Part shown: piece after piece, positions 1 through 8,917 of the stretch
Position numbering within the stretch: the first letter of the stretch is position 1
Layout: each line of letters opens with the position of its first letter
From: an uncultured virus (IMG/VR IMGVR_UViG_3300015245_000036)
Lineage: Duplodnaviria > Heunggongvirae > Uroviricota > Caudoviricetes
Length of the DNA stretch: 64,000 nt
Strand: one strand, 5' to 3'
IMG/VR virus record: IMGVR_UViG_3300015245_000036
The notes under the pieces: generated by a model
What the model was told of the DNA's origin: nothing
The model's input: only the letters and a program-made list of their open reading frames with translations
The model's database searches: none
Made by a program: the position numbers and the translations under genes

Positions 1-226
1 CCATCTCAATCTCGATGGTCACGGCGCCGTCTGGGTGGACGGAGATGACCCTGCCGATCATGTTCTTGTTCGTGTCGAACAAACATCGACGAGCCTCGGC
101 GACGAGGCACGACATGCAGTCCACGACCGCGTCGTCCGCCGGGCGAGGGTCCATCGGCTCGAGGTTGATCCCGCACCAGGTCCGGCGGAGGTCGTCCATG
201 AACTCGTCGACGCCGTGAGTGATCAC
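1..226 (-). CDS. Small HCCC zinc-finger-like protein (3' end outside window)
   Basis: Not in the ORF track. Manual translation from GTG at 226 (GTGA overlap with the stop of the upstream gene): MITHGVDEF...TWCG...VVDCMSCLVAE... Confidence 0.7.
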   Translation of the reverse strand, partial: MITHGVDEFMDDLRRTWCGINLEPMDPRPADDAVVDCMSCLVAEARRCLFDTNKNMIGRVISVHPDGAVTIEIEM

Positions 227-786
227 GGCCCCCTCCCGACGAGCGTCATGCACGTCATGCAGTCGACCATCGCACTCTCATAGGTCGCGCGGGCCTTGCT
301 GAGCCTGTCGAAGTTGACGGCGCTCGCGCCCGCGAGCGGGTGTATCCCGAGCAGGTGCGCGCCACAGACCCCGCGCAGGCGCCTGCCGGCTGGCAGCCTC
401 GCGTGCGTGATCCCCTGGTCGTCGACCCACGGCGTGGGCGTCCCGAGGTCCAGCGACAGCAGGAGACCGCGGGGCGTGATTACGCCGTTCGTCTCGATCA
501 GGTCGCGGGTGAGCAGCGCGCTGCGCGAATTCGGCTGCGCCATGCGCTCGTTGACCAGCACGTTCACCCACGTGTTGGGATCGAATGGCACCGCCCCCGT
601 GGCGAACGGGTCATCGAGCTTGCGGCACCTGTCGCACGTTGCCTGGCGACCGTTCGCGGGGGTTACAGGCCTGTCGAACGGCTTGCTGCACAGCGCGATC
701 ACGGTGGTCGGACTCGACCGCGTCAGGTTCGCCACGTGAACCGCGGTGCCCTGCGAGGCCACGAAAGCCCAGCTCAGCACGGTCAC
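223..786 (-). CDS. Protein with two H..C..CxxC zinc-finger-like modules
   Basis: VH...ALC...CDRC and DDQGITH...VCG...VDCMTCM; GTGA-coupled start at 786. Confidence 0.7.
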   Translation of the reverse strand: MTVLSWAFVASQGTAVHVANLTRSSPTTVIALCSKPFDRPVTPANGRQATCDRCRKLDDPFATGAVPFDPNTWVNVLVNERMAQPNSRSALLTRDLIETNGVITPRGLLLSLDLGTPTPWVDDQGITHARLPAGRRLRGVCGAHLLGIHPLAGASAVNFDRLSKARATYESAMVDCMTCMTLVGRGP

Positions 787-1049
787 GATCGCCTTGCTGC
801 TCGGACGAGGCACGCCATGCAGTCGATCGGCTTGTCGCTGACGATCGGGTAGAGGGGGATGCCAAACAGCCTACAAGGCCAGCCCCAGTCGTGCGTCACG
901 CCGTTCTCGTCGATGGTCGTCGCGCCGTGCGGCGCGCAGAGCCCGCAAGGAATGCCGTCGCTTCTCGGTGCCGTCCGATGACAGCGCGAGCAGCGGTCTC
1001 CTGTACAGGGGCGCCGTTCACCCGGACGGGCTGGCATCGTCTCGATCAC
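783..1049 (-). CDS. Cys-rich HCCC zinc-finger-like protein
   Basis: CSRC/CGLC, then DENGVTH...PC...IDCMACLV; coupled to both neighbours. Confidence 0.65.
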   Translation of the reverse strand: MIETMPARPGERRPCTGDRCSRCHRTAPRSDGIPCGLCAPHGATTIDENGVTHDWGWPCRLFGIPLYPIVSDKPIDCMACLVRAARRS

Positions 1050-1363
1050 TCCGCGTCCGGCCCCGCGAGGAGCCAGTAGAGGGCAACGTCAATTTCGGTA
1101 TCGCCTTGCTTGGCGAACGTTGTGACCAGGTCCCACTTTTCCACTCCTCGGGCATCCTTCCCTCGCTTCTCTATAATCATGGGGCTGCTGTTGACAAAGA
1201 ACCTGTTTCCCTTCTGTGTACCACCTGGCGCCACAACGCGGTAATCCCCCGTGCTCGATCGAATGCGATGGTCGACCGACCTCGTGAGAACGCAGTCCCC
1301 CGGCTCGGGCGCTTCGAGCATTCGTGGGACCCTGCGGTCGTTCGGGTCTTTGTTCTCAGGCAT
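1046..1363 (-). CDS. Hypothetical protein
   Basis: ATG preceded by AAGGAG; overlaps the next gene. Confidence 0.65.
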   Translation of the reverse strand: MPENKDPNDRRVPRMLEAPEPGDCVLTRSVDHRIRSSTGDYRVVAPGGTQKGNRFFVNSSPMIIEKRGKDARGVEKWDLVTTFAKQGDTEIDVALYWLLAGPDAE

Positions 1364-1372
1364 GTTGTCTCC

Positions 1373-1723
1373 TTACTTCGAGGTTTGCATCGACCCCGGT
1401 TTGGTCAGCTCCACGATCTTGGCCCAGGCGCGGAGCAGGTTCATGTCCGTGTAGTGACTATCGGCCATTCGCAGGACCTCGCCCATCGCGAAGACCTGGA
1501 TATCCTCGACGGTGATGTGCGACTTGGCTGCGCTGACCTGGTCGAGAACGATGAGCCACACGTTCTCGGTGATGATGTCGGATGCGGCGCTTGCGAACCC
1601 GTCAGACCCCGTCGCGGCCCGGGTGTGCAGCAGCGCGAGGCGCTTCTTCGCCTTCTTGGTGACGTCGGCCAGCCGCGCGTCGAGACGCTTCCGGTCGACG
1701 CAGTCGTACATCGCCTGCGGCAC
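1373..1723 (-). CDS. Hypothetical protein
   Basis: Fits the minus-strand gene chain. Confidence 0.6.
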   Translation of the reverse strand: MPQAMYDCVDRKRLDARLADVTKKAKKRLALLHTRAATGSDGFASAASDIITENVWLIVLDQVSAAKSHITVEDIQVFAMGEVLRMADSHYTDMNLLRAWAKIVELTKPGSMQTSK

Positions 1724-1724
1724 G

Positions 1725-2072
1725 TCAGGCCGCCTTGAGGGCCTTGAGCGTCATGCGGTGCGCCTTGCGCATCGACTTGTCGAGCACCGACCAGTCGGTG
1801 ACGTGCAGGCCAACGTTGCGCGCGTACTCCTTGAGTCGCAGCACGTCCCACGCTCCCCTGGTCAGCCGCATCCTGCGGCTGGTGAGGACCTTGGCCCCGT
1901 CGTCGAGCGGCGTGTAGCCGCTGACGAAGATCAGCTGGTCCTCGGTTTGGCTGAGCAACACGACGACCTCGTCGTGGCGCAACGAGAAGCGGGTGCCCTG
2001 CTTGACGATGTGATCGAACGACGTCTGTTCCGACAGGCGGAACGAGACCTTCTCCAGCATCTTGAATTTCAT
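1725..2072 (-). CDS. Hypothetical protein
   Basis: ATGA-coupled start (MKFKMLEK). Confidence 0.6.
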   Translation of the reverse strand: MKFKMLEKVSFRLSEQTSFDHIVKQGTRFSLRHDEVVVLLSQTEDQLIFVSGYTPLDDGAKVLTSRRMRLTRGAWDVLRLKEYARNVGLHVTDWSVLDKSMRKAHRMTLKALKAA

Positions 2073-2446
2073 TTGGAATCCTCCAACCATTTCATCCGAC
2101 GTGTGAACAGCCTGTCCTTCGCAGCCGGCGACAGCCCCTCCATGCAGGGTCCGCCGGCCCTCATGTCCGAGAAGAAGTTCTCCTCGATCTGCGACCACAG
2201 CTCGAGGTAGGTCCAGCCCTCCTCGCAGCCGAAGTGATTCCGGATCTCGACGCACGACAAGCACGTCTTGAACTCCGACCACGACCCGTCCCACAGGCCC
2301 TTGACGTGCTCGTACTTCGTACCCTTGGGGATCGTCTCGTTACACTCGGTACAGCGATGGTCCTTGGCCGCCTTGCGCGTGTGCACGTTGCTCACCGACG
2401 GGTGGTCGCCGTGCTCGCTGCTGAGGGGGCAGCACGTGAATGTCAC
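2069..2446 (-). CDS. Zinc-ribbon-like phage protein
   Basis: RKAAKDHRCTECNETIPKG...KTCLSC; GTGA-coupled start. Confidence 0.7.
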   Translation of the reverse strand: MTFTCCPLSSEHGDHPSVSNVHTRKAAKDHRCTECNETIPKGTKYEHVKGLWDGSWSEFKTCLSCVEIRNHFGCEEGWTYLELWSQIEENFFSDMRAGGPCMEGLSPAAKDRLFTRRMKWLEDSK

Positions 2447-2835
2447 GCGTCCTCGAGCGCGACGTCGTACTCGTCGTCGTCCCAGTGCGCGGATTCGCCG
2501 CAGCGCGGGCACGTCCAGAACCAGTCCGGACGGTTCAGCTGACGCAAGTACTGCTCCTCGGTGAGGAACTGCTGGCCGTGATCGTCGCAGAGCACCGCGA
2601 ACGGCGTGCGCCGGGCCACCAGGCACGACATGCAATCGACGGGATCGTCGGTGGTCGGTCCGGTTCCGTCGGGGGCGAGTCGCGCGCGGACCACGCGGAA
2701 GCCCATCGCGGCGAGGTTCACGCCCGGCGGCTCGTCGAACACGATGACGCCGCACGCCGTGGTCGCCGTCCGCCAGACGCGGACGTCGTGCACCAGGCCG
2801 TCGACGCAGCGCACGTTCGCCCGGTGCGCCGTCAC
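2443..2835 (-). CDS. HCCC zinc-finger-like protein with a second C-terminal Zn module
   Basis: DGLVH...TACG...VDCMSCLV, then CDDH...CPRC. Confidence 0.7.
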   Translation of the reverse strand: MTAHRANVRCVDGLVHDVRVWRTATTACGVIVFDEPPGVNLAAMGFRVVRARLAPDGTGPTTDDPVDCMSCLVARRTPFAVLCDDHGQQFLTEEQYLRQLNRPDWFWTCPRCGESAHWDDDEYDVALEDA

Positions 2836-3590
2836 TCGGTGATCCCCTTGGCAGCGAGGTAGTCCTTCTGCGGGATGTACGCGCCGGTGGCCTTGTCCCG
2901 GAACCCCCACCCACCGGTCTTGCGTCCCGCCACGAACAGCGACCAGCTGCCCACGGCGGGGTTCAGCAGGTCCACGCGGTGGAAGTCGTCCCCGCGGATG
3001 ACGTTGACGGTTCCGGGCATCACCACCCGCGTCTCCCCGCCCCGCTCCTCGCGATACCCGCCGGCCAGGACGATCGCCACGGCCAGGTCCCATGGGTGGT
3101 TGTGCTGATCGCGATCGGCGTCCCCGCGGTGGAACTTGTGTAGGAACACAGCGAACGGGAGATCGCTGCCCTCGTCGTCGACGTCGCGCGGTCCCTCGGG
3201 CCACAGGTACCATCGCGTGAGGTACGGATCTCCGTTGGTCGAGATCGTCCGGTTGGGTAGCTTCTCGGTGACCGCCTCGAGCTTGCGAACCACGGTGATC
3301 TCGTCGTGCGCGATCAGCCCGAGTAGCCCTGCGACCCGGTTCGAGGCGAGGACCAGAAGCTCGGCGGCCGAGGACGGCATGGCCTCCTCGATGGCCGCGA
3401 GGCGCTGTTGCAGCGCGGGAACGTTGACCACGCCGTCCTCGACCGAGCCGTTGGCGATTATCGTTTCAAGGTTGTCGATTCGGCGCTCGAGGACTCGGAG
3501 GTCTCGTTCGCGGTCGCTCTTGACGAGTTCAAACGCCAATTTCAGGCGCTCGTGGTCCCGTTTCAATGCGTCCATCTCATGCCAGCTCAC
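2832..3590 (-). CDS. Coiled-coil plus cupin-like (HxH) phage protein
   Basis: YLTRWYL...FLHKFHRGDADRDQHNHPW...GGYREE...FHRV, a common phage cupin-fold pattern; start at 3590 or 3575. Confidence 0.65.
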   Translation of the reverse strand: MSWHEMDALKRDHERLKLAFELVKSDRERDLRVLERRIDNLETIIANGSVEDGVVNVPALQQRLAAIEEAMPSSAAELLVLASNRVAGLLGLIAHDEITVVRKLEAVTEKLPNRTISTNGDPYLTRWYLWPEGPRDVDDEGSDLPFAVFLHKFHRGDADRDQHNHPWDLAVAIVLAGGYREERGGETRVVMPGTVNVIRGDDFHRVDLLNPAVGSWSLFVAGRKTGGWGFRDKATGAYIPQKDYLAAKGITE

Positions 3591-3752
3591 GTGTCCTTGC
3601 CTTTCTCGCGCGGTGCCGCGCGTATGAAATTCCTGCGATGACAGGCCAGACGGGCCACGCCGCGCAGCCGAGCGCGACACGCCACCATGGGCCGGTCTTG
3701 CGCATCAGTCCGCCGAGCGCCGCGGTGATGGCCGCCCATACGACCACGATCG

Positions 3753-4004
3753 TCACCGCAACCTCACGTACAACCCCATCCTGTGGGCGCCATCGTGTCC
3801 CTTCGGCAGCTCGCAATACGAGTCCTCGCAGTGAGGTGGCTTGATGGTCTCGGCCAGGCCTGACCCGCCGCAAGCCTGACACGATTGCCAGCCATGCCCC
3901 CATCCGACGAAGGTCATCCCAACGGGATGATTCACCTCCTCAGTGTCCGGCGCGCACGATGGGCACAGCTCTCGTCCGGCGCCGTCGAGAGTGATCTTGC
4001 TCAT
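3753..4004 (-). CDS. Cys/His-rich small protein
   Basis: CPSC, CQACGGSG, CELPKGHDGAH. Confidence 0.6.
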   Translation of the reverse strand: MSKITLDGAGRELCPSCAPDTEEVNHPVGMTFVGWGHGWQSCQACGGSGLAETIKPPHCEDSYCELPKGHDGAHRMGLYVRLR

Positions 4005-4186
4005 GGGTCGATCTTCCAGTGCCCGACGGCAACGCCATCCTGGCCTCGAATGTCGCCCTCCTTGGTCTCGATCGAGATGAACTTGTTGTGCCCGACGGAC
4101 AGCAGGTACAGGTACAGCGCGACGAGCTTGCGCCCCTTCTCGTCGTCGACGACATCAGGGATGTCGATAACCGCGGTCAGGCGCAC
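4001..4186 (-). CDS. Hypothetical protein
   Basis: Coupled small ORF. Confidence 0.55.
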   Translation of the reverse strand: MRLTAVIDIPDVVDDEKGRKLVALYLYLLSVGHNKFISIETKEGDIRGQDGVAVGHWKIDP

Positions 4187-4590
4187 GTCTTCCTCGCCTT
4201 CTTGCGCCGGGGTGTCCGGGCGAGCGTCCGGGCCGTGGCCTCGGCTCGCTCCCGTTCCTCGGTCGCGAGCCGCTCCTGGTGGAGTTTGTGGTACTTCATG
4301 AAGTCACTCCTGACGCGGTTCAGGTCCTCCACCTGGCCGGTGAAGGTGCTGAGGACGTACCAAGACCGGCCGGGCATCAGCGGGTGACTGCCGTACTGCA
4401 GGCGGCAGAACCGGATCTGAATGGCCTTGGCCTCCTCGATGGTGTCGACGCTGAACACGGGCAGCGCCCTGCCGTTGAACACCTTCTCCTTGGTGACGGT
4501 GTCCCGATAGGTCACCGTGCCGTCCGCGCAGACGTGGATCATGTAGCGCCGCTTGAACGCGGCGTTGATTTCCTCGTTGGTTATGGTCAT
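4177..4590 (-). CDS. Hypothetical protein
   Basis: ATGA-coupled start (MTITNEE). Confidence 0.6.
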   Translation of the reverse strand: MTITNEEINAAFKRRYMIHVCADGTVTYRDTVTKEKVFNGRALPVFSVDTIEEAKAIQIRFCRLQYGSHPLMPGRSWYVLSTFTGQVEDLNRVRSDFMKYHKLHQERLATEERERAEATARTLARTPRRKKARKTCA

Positions 4591-4805
4591 TTGACCCCGC
4601 TGCATCGCGGGCATCGCAGCTTGTCCTTCGGGCGGGCGGTCAACGTCCAGCCGTGAGGCAGCGCGTCCTCTTCGATGGTGAAGGTTGCCAGCGTACGCCC
4701 CAGTCCTTGGGATTCGTAGCTGTTGTACCGAGCCGTCGCCGGTAGGATCACCGACTGCGTCTCCTTGCACTCGTCGCAGCGCAGCGTGCACGGTATCTCG
4801 AGCAT
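4587..4805 (-). CDS. Small zinc-ribbon protein
   Basis: CDEC...CPRC. Confidence 0.6.
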   Translation of the reverse strand: MLEIPCTLRCDECKETQSVILPATARYNSYESQGLGRTLATFTIEEDALPHGWTLTARPKDKLRCPRCSGVK

Positions 4806-4840
4806 CCTCGTTCTCCTCCGGTCGACAGGTTACCCGACAG

Positions 4841-5032
4841 CTAGCCGTGCAGCCCGTTGCGCACGCGCTGGATGCGAACGAGCGCGTTGCTGTACGCTTT
4901 CTTGTCCGTCTCGTCCGCCTGCTTGTTTTGACCGAGCTTGTGGATTCGCTCCTCCGCCTGTGACAGCACCTCGCTGACCTTGGTTAGGCATTCGCTAAGC
5001 TCGATGTCGATGAAACCTTCAGCCCTGCTCAT
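4841..5032 (-). CDS. Hypothetical coiled-coil protein
   Basis: ATGA-coupled start (MSRAEG). Confidence 0.55.
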   Translation of the reverse strand: MSRAEGFIDIELSECLTKVSEVLSQAEERIHKLGQNKQADETDKKAYSNALVRIQRVRNGLHG

Positions 5033-5244
5033 GTGTTGTCGCTTTCTTGCCGTACGAGGCAGGTCATGCAATCGACATCGGCGCTGCGGGGACGGTCCTT
5101 GTCGTCCCAGCAGCTCCGCAACCGACGACTGGCCCCGCAGGGAGCCCGCGCCGTGTACCAGCCGGCGTGGCGGTTGTCGCGACGCTGGTCGGAAAGGGGT
5201 AACCAGGCATGCGTGATGCCCGTCTTGTCGCGCCACGCGCTCAC
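5029..5244 (-). CDS. Small HCCC zinc-finger-like protein
   Basis: DKTGITHAW...APCG...DVDCMTCLV. Confidence 0.7.
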   Translation of the reverse strand: MSAWRDKTGITHAWLPLSDQRRDNRHAGWYTARAPCGASRRLRSCWDDKDRPRSADVDCMTCLVRQESDNT

Positions 5245-5391
5245 GGCGGCCTCCGGCAGCTGACGACCATCGATCCGCCGATCGTGACTGGCCGCATATC
5301 ACCACAAAGCGGGACGGACCTCGGTCTCGAAGGTCGCACGATCGCCGCGCCACCCGCGATCGCAACCAACAGAAGGACTACTAGACCCGCG

Positions 5392-5904
5392 TTAGTCGGC
5401 GGCGGGGGTCTCATTGGGCATGACCTCGACGCCGGCAATGATCTCCGCGATGACGCCCATGATCGCCTCGAAGGCTTCACTGCCGGGCGTCTGCCACTCC
5501 TTGGCGTCCCAGACGGTGACCTCGACCCATGGCAGAGTCAGGTTCTTCCGATGAAGCAGGTTGACCTGCTCCATCAGCGGGCGCTCCTCTGTCGGCATCC
5601 AGTCGACCGACACGCGGTTTGTTTCGGTCTCGATGACAACGAACGCAGTGCCGTCCTTGAAGTTCGCTCTGGTCGGCCCCGGCACCTTGGCGAACTTCGC
5701 TGTGCACTCGGTCACCATCGTGAGCGCCCGGTTGACCGCTTTGAGCACGATCTTCGCCTCGTTCCCTGGGATCTTGGTGAGGTGGTGCTTCGCGGGCACA
5801 AGGATGTTCGGCAGACTGTGGAACATGCCCACCGCGACCTCGTGCGCGGTCTTGGGGATCCACTCCTCGACGGTGCCGTCGGCGGGCTCTTCTTTCTTGC
5901 TCAT
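5392..5904 (-). CDS. Hypothetical protein
   Basis: AGGAG RBS; ATGA-coupled start (MSKKEE). Confidence 0.65.
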   Translation of the reverse strand: MSKKEEPADGTVEEWIPKTAHEVAVGMFHSLPNILVPAKHHLTKIPGNEAKIVLKAVNRALTMVTECTAKFAKVPGPTRANFKDGTAFVVIETETNRVSVDWMPTEERPLMEQVNLLHRKNLTLPWVEVTVWDAKEWQTPGSEAFEAIMGVIAEIIAGVEVMPNETPAAD

Positions 5905-6299
5905 GATTCTCCTTTCAGCGCGGCTATCAGAGCGTCCGCGCGGGCGAGCGCGCCCTCGCGCTGTGTGATGAGATCGTCGATCTGGCTCGCTACGCTGGCG
6001 AGCAGCCGCTCGACGCTCAGCTGCGCGAACACCTCCGTGCGTCGCTCGCGTGAGCACGACGCGAGCACCACTTCGCCCGCGTCGCTCTCGACGATCAGTC
6101 GCCACTGCCCTCCGGTCTTGCCGAACACCAGCTTCTCGTTGTCGGTCAGGCCGACGGAGACGCGCACGCTGATGTGCAGGCGGAGGGCCTCCTCGATCTC
6201 GCCGATCAGCGTCGAGAGCTTCGAGTCCAACTCCTGAATTCTCCTGTTCTTCGATCCGACCGCGGCCAACACGTCGGGAAGTTTGGCGTTATCTGGCAT
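5901..6299 (-). CDS. Hypothetical coiled-coil protein
   Basis: GAAGGA RBS; coupled to the next gene. Confidence 0.65.
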   Translation of the reverse strand: MPDNAKLPDVLAAVGSKNRRIQELDSKLSTLIGEIEEALRLHISVRVSVGLTDNEKLVFGKTGGQWRLIVESDAGEVVLASCSRERRTEVFAQLSVERLLASVASQIDDLITQREGALARADALIAALKGES

Positions 6300-6302
6300 G
6301 CT

Positions 6303-6326
6303 TATCCTTCGAGCGCCTCGCGCTCC
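6303..6326. repeat. Direct repeat copy 1 (23/24 identical to 6567-6590)
   Basis: tatccttcgagcgcctcgcgctcc vs tatccttcgagcgccttgcgctcc. Confidence 0.9.
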
Positions 6327-6331
6327 GCGCC

Positions 6332-6553
6332 TTACGGAGTCTGTCCCGTCGGTGGGACGACGGTCGCGGTGCCGCAGGTGTCCGTGTCATTGCAGGTCGC
6401 GCTGGCGCAGCCGACCGTGCAGTTGCGCCGCGTCACGCAACCGATGCTTGCCGGGCAACCAGCGACGGAACCTCCGCCGACGCGGGCGAGCTGCACGCTC
6501 CCGAGGTGAAGAATCGTCTCACGCGCCAACACCAGACGTTTTGACTTGATCAT
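6332..6553 (-). CDS. Lanthipeptide/RiPP-like precursor peptide (double-Gly leader, Cys/Ser/Thr-rich core)
   Basis: Leader MIKSKRLVLARETILHL...LARVGGG; 45-aa core with 6 Cys and 12 Ser/Thr. Confidence 0.7.
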   Translation of the reverse strand: MIKSKRLVLARETILHLGSVQLARVGGGSVAGCPASIGCVTRRNCTVGCASATCNDTDTCGTATVVPPTGQTP

Positions 6554-6565
6554 GTTGCTTCGTTC

Positions 6566-6952
6566 CTATCCTTCGAGCGCCTTGCGCTCCTCTTCCAGGT
6601 TGCGATTGAGGGCCTTGTGCGAGTCGAACTTGTCGCCGTACCGCACCTTGAGCTTCGCGATGTTCCGCTCGTGCGCCTCGGAGATGGAGCGCTTGATCGC
6701 GTGAAGCATCACGGCCTGGTACCAGGACAGGTCCCCGTTCTCCTCGAGGATGTTGACCTCGTCGAGCGCCTTGCCGTAGATGATGTGCTTCTTCAGCGCG
6801 TCGGCCAGCTCGCCGACCTCGCTCGACATGCCGAGCACGGCGTGGATCAGACGGGCGACGACGACGTCGTGATCATGATCCCCTCCGAGCCTGACGAAGT
6901 CCGGGGTACTTTCGGTGCGCAGGGCGTCCTCTTGGTACTGGTTGTCGTTCAT
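6566..6952 (-). CDS. mazG: MazG-like nucleotide pyrophosphohydrolase
   Basis: LGMSSEVGELADALKKHIIYG...EENGDLSWY...NIAKLKVRY. Confidence 0.88.
   Translation of the reverse strand: MNDNQYQEDALRTESTPDFVRLGGDHDHDVVVARLIHAVLGMSSEVGELADALKKHIIYGKALDEVNILEENGDLSWYQAVMLHAIKRSISEAHERNIAKLKVRYGDKFDSHKALNRNLEEERKALEG
6567..6590. repeat. Direct repeat copy 2 (3' end of the mazG-like gene)
   Basis: Encodes ERKALEG and most of the stop codon of the MazG-like CDS. Confidence 0.9.
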
Positions 6953-7000
6953 GCGATGTTTATCCCATGAGCAAAGCACCCCGTCACATGCTTATGCCAA

Positions 7001-7399
7001 CTATTCGAGGTCGTCCTCGGGTCCGAGCGGGCCCTGGTTGTGGCGATGCGCAGCTCGCGTCGCGGCTGCCATCGCATCGTTGGTCTGCCGGGTCAGCTTG
7101 CTGACGTGCGCCTGCAGCTCGGACATGCTGGTTCTCGCGGCGTCGAGGTTTGCCTTGGCGATCGCGTTGCGCCGATCGTCGGCGTACCTCGCGTCCGTCC
7201 AGTCCCGGATTAGCTCGAGCATGCCGATCACCTGGACCTGATCGAGCACGTGCCCGCCGCGGACGCGCTTGACCAGTCCGTCGATGAACTGGCTCCTGCC
7301 GGTGTTCAAGGCGATCGCGACCTCCCCAGGGACCGCATAGGTCACGGGGCTGTCGGACACGGTCGGCGTCTCAGTCTTCTCCTGCTTCTTCCTGCTCAT
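7001..7399 (-). CDS. Hypothetical protein
   Basis: ORF in the minus-strand chain. Confidence 0.6.
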   Translation of the reverse strand: MSRKKQEKTETPTVSDSPVTYAVPGEVAIALNTGRSQFIDGLVKRVRGGHVLDQVQVIGMLELIRDWTDARYADDRRNAIAKANLDAARTSMSELQAHVSKLTRQTNDAMAAATRAAHRHNQGPLGPEDDLE

Positions 7400-7436
7400 C
7401 TCTTGTCGTCGACTTTCCGCGGGGAACCCGCGTTGG

Positions 7437-7853
7437 TTATTTCGATGTCCATCGGGCGAGGATCAGCTGTTCGAACGCCTTGGCGGTCGCTGGGTCCGCG
7501 CCCGCGTCGCGCAACATGCGCTTGATCTCGGCACGCGGCACGCCGTTGGGGTTGTCGTAAAGCTGGTGGAATTTCTCGTTCCATCCGACGAGCGGCTCGT
7601 ACGTCAGGCTTGCCTTCACGCGCTTCTCGCACTCGCCCTTGCACTCGTCGCAGAGCGCCATCGCGCCCTTGCGGCCGTCGGGACCGGCTTCGACCTCGCG
7701 GGCGTACCAGGTCGGCTTCTTGGTGCAGCGGCCCCACTTCCCGCCGACGTCACCGCCCATGACCCAGGGGTTGTACGCTGACTTGATGTCGGCCTGGCAC
7801 CGCTCGTGGTCGACGGGCTCGAGGGGCTTGGCCTTCTTGTCGTTCTTCGTCAC
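7437..7853 (-). CDS. Hypothetical Cys-containing protein
   Basis: GAGGAG RBS, GTG start; C...C...CDEC. Confidence 0.6.
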   Translation of the reverse strand: MTKNDKKAKPLEPVDHERCQADIKSAYNPWVMGGDVGGKWGRCTKKPTWYAREVEAGPDGRKGAMALCDECKGECEKRVKASLTYEPLVGWNEKFHQLYDNPNGVPRAEIKRMLRDAGADPATAKAFEQLILARWTSK

Positions 7854-8000
7854 TTGGTCTCCTCGTACGCGCGAAGCGCGGTCCACGCCGCAGCCTCAAC
7901 GCCCTCCTGCGAGCCACCCAGCCGGCTGAGGGCTCGGAAGATCGCGAGCCATCGGCGGTTTCTCCGTGTGTTCTCCAGGCCCAGTTCCGGGACCAGCAGC

Positions 8001-8456
8001 TCAGGCATCGTCCATGTCCGACGCTCCGATCGTCTCCTCCATCGTCCCCTCGTGCAGCTCATCGCCCTTGCCGCACTCGCAGGTCACCTTGTAGGTGAGG
8101 CTCGCGCCGAGGCGGGGCCGCTTGCCGCCCTCCTCGACCTGCTCGGGATCGTCACAGGTCGCGGTCAGCTCGCAGCCCTCCTTCCAGGTCCAGCCGCCGC
8201 CCTTCTTCTCGACGAGGTGCGCCTCGAGCTTGTCGTGATCAAGGGTGAACTCCTCCGACATCTCGAGCGACGCTTCCTTCATGGTCTCGCCGCAGCACTC
8301 GCTGTTCCGAGTAATCTGCACGGTCGCGTGGACGTTCCCAGTGACGGTTCCATCCTCCAGCACGAGGTCGAGGTGCTCGACCTCGAACGACTCCTCCTCG
8401 GGCTCCTGGAACTCCAGCGACGCGAACTTGTTGCAGCCGGGGCACTTGTTGGCCAT
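8001..8456 (-). CDS. Acidic Cys-rich protein
   Basis: MANKCPGC...CCG...CECG. Confidence 0.65.
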   Translation of the reverse strand: MANKCPGCNKFASLEFQEPEEESFEVEHLDLVLEDGTVTGNVHATVQITRNSECCGETMKEASLEMSEEFTLDHDKLEAHLVEKKGGGWTWKEGCELTATCDDPEQVEEGGKRPRLGASLTYKVTCECGKGDELHEGTMEETIGASDMDDA

Positions 8457-8734
8457 CAGGCTTCCTTGTCGGGCTCGGGGTTGACCGCCGCCTTGTACGC
8501 CTCGCGCTCCTCCTTGGTGAGCGCGCTGAATGCCGGCGCGGCGATGCCGCTTCGGGCTCCATGCTCCGCGGCGCACAACGCGAACACCAGTGCGGCCTTC
8601 TCGAGGTCGTCGACCGCGGCGTCGTGGTTGGGCTTGTTCTTCGGCGTGTTCTTGGTGTGCGCGTGCTTGTGCGACGCGGCGCGCAGGGCTCGCCGCGCTG
8701 CCTGCAGGCGGAAGTACGGATCATCGAGCTTCAT
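8456..8734 (-). CDS. Hypothetical protein
   Basis: Coupled ORF. Confidence 0.6.
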   Translation of the reverse strand: MKLDDPYFRLQAARRALRAASHKHAHTKNTPKNKPNHDAAVDDLEKAALVFALCAAEHGARSGIAAPAFSALTKEEREAYKAAVNPEPDKEA

Positions 8735-8916
8735 GTCTTGCCCTTTCTGTGCTTGCTTCGGGCTCGAATCGCCGCGACGCGCTCTCCGATGTAGGCCACC
8801 GCGTTGAGTGAGCCGATCTTCGACGGGTCGCGGCCGTCGCTCCAGTCCGTGTCGAGATAGGTGTCTATCGCCTCGACGAGGTGCTTGGGCAGGCGAATGG
8901 TCACGGTGTTGGGCAT
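8731..8916 (-). CDS. Possible ribbon-helix-helix protein
   Basis: TVTIRLPKHLVEAID strand-helix pattern. Confidence 0.5.
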   Translation of the reverse strand: MPNTVTIRLPKHLVEAIDTYLDTDWSDGRDPSKIGSLNAVAYIGERVAAIRARSKHRKGKT

Positions 8917-8917
8917 G

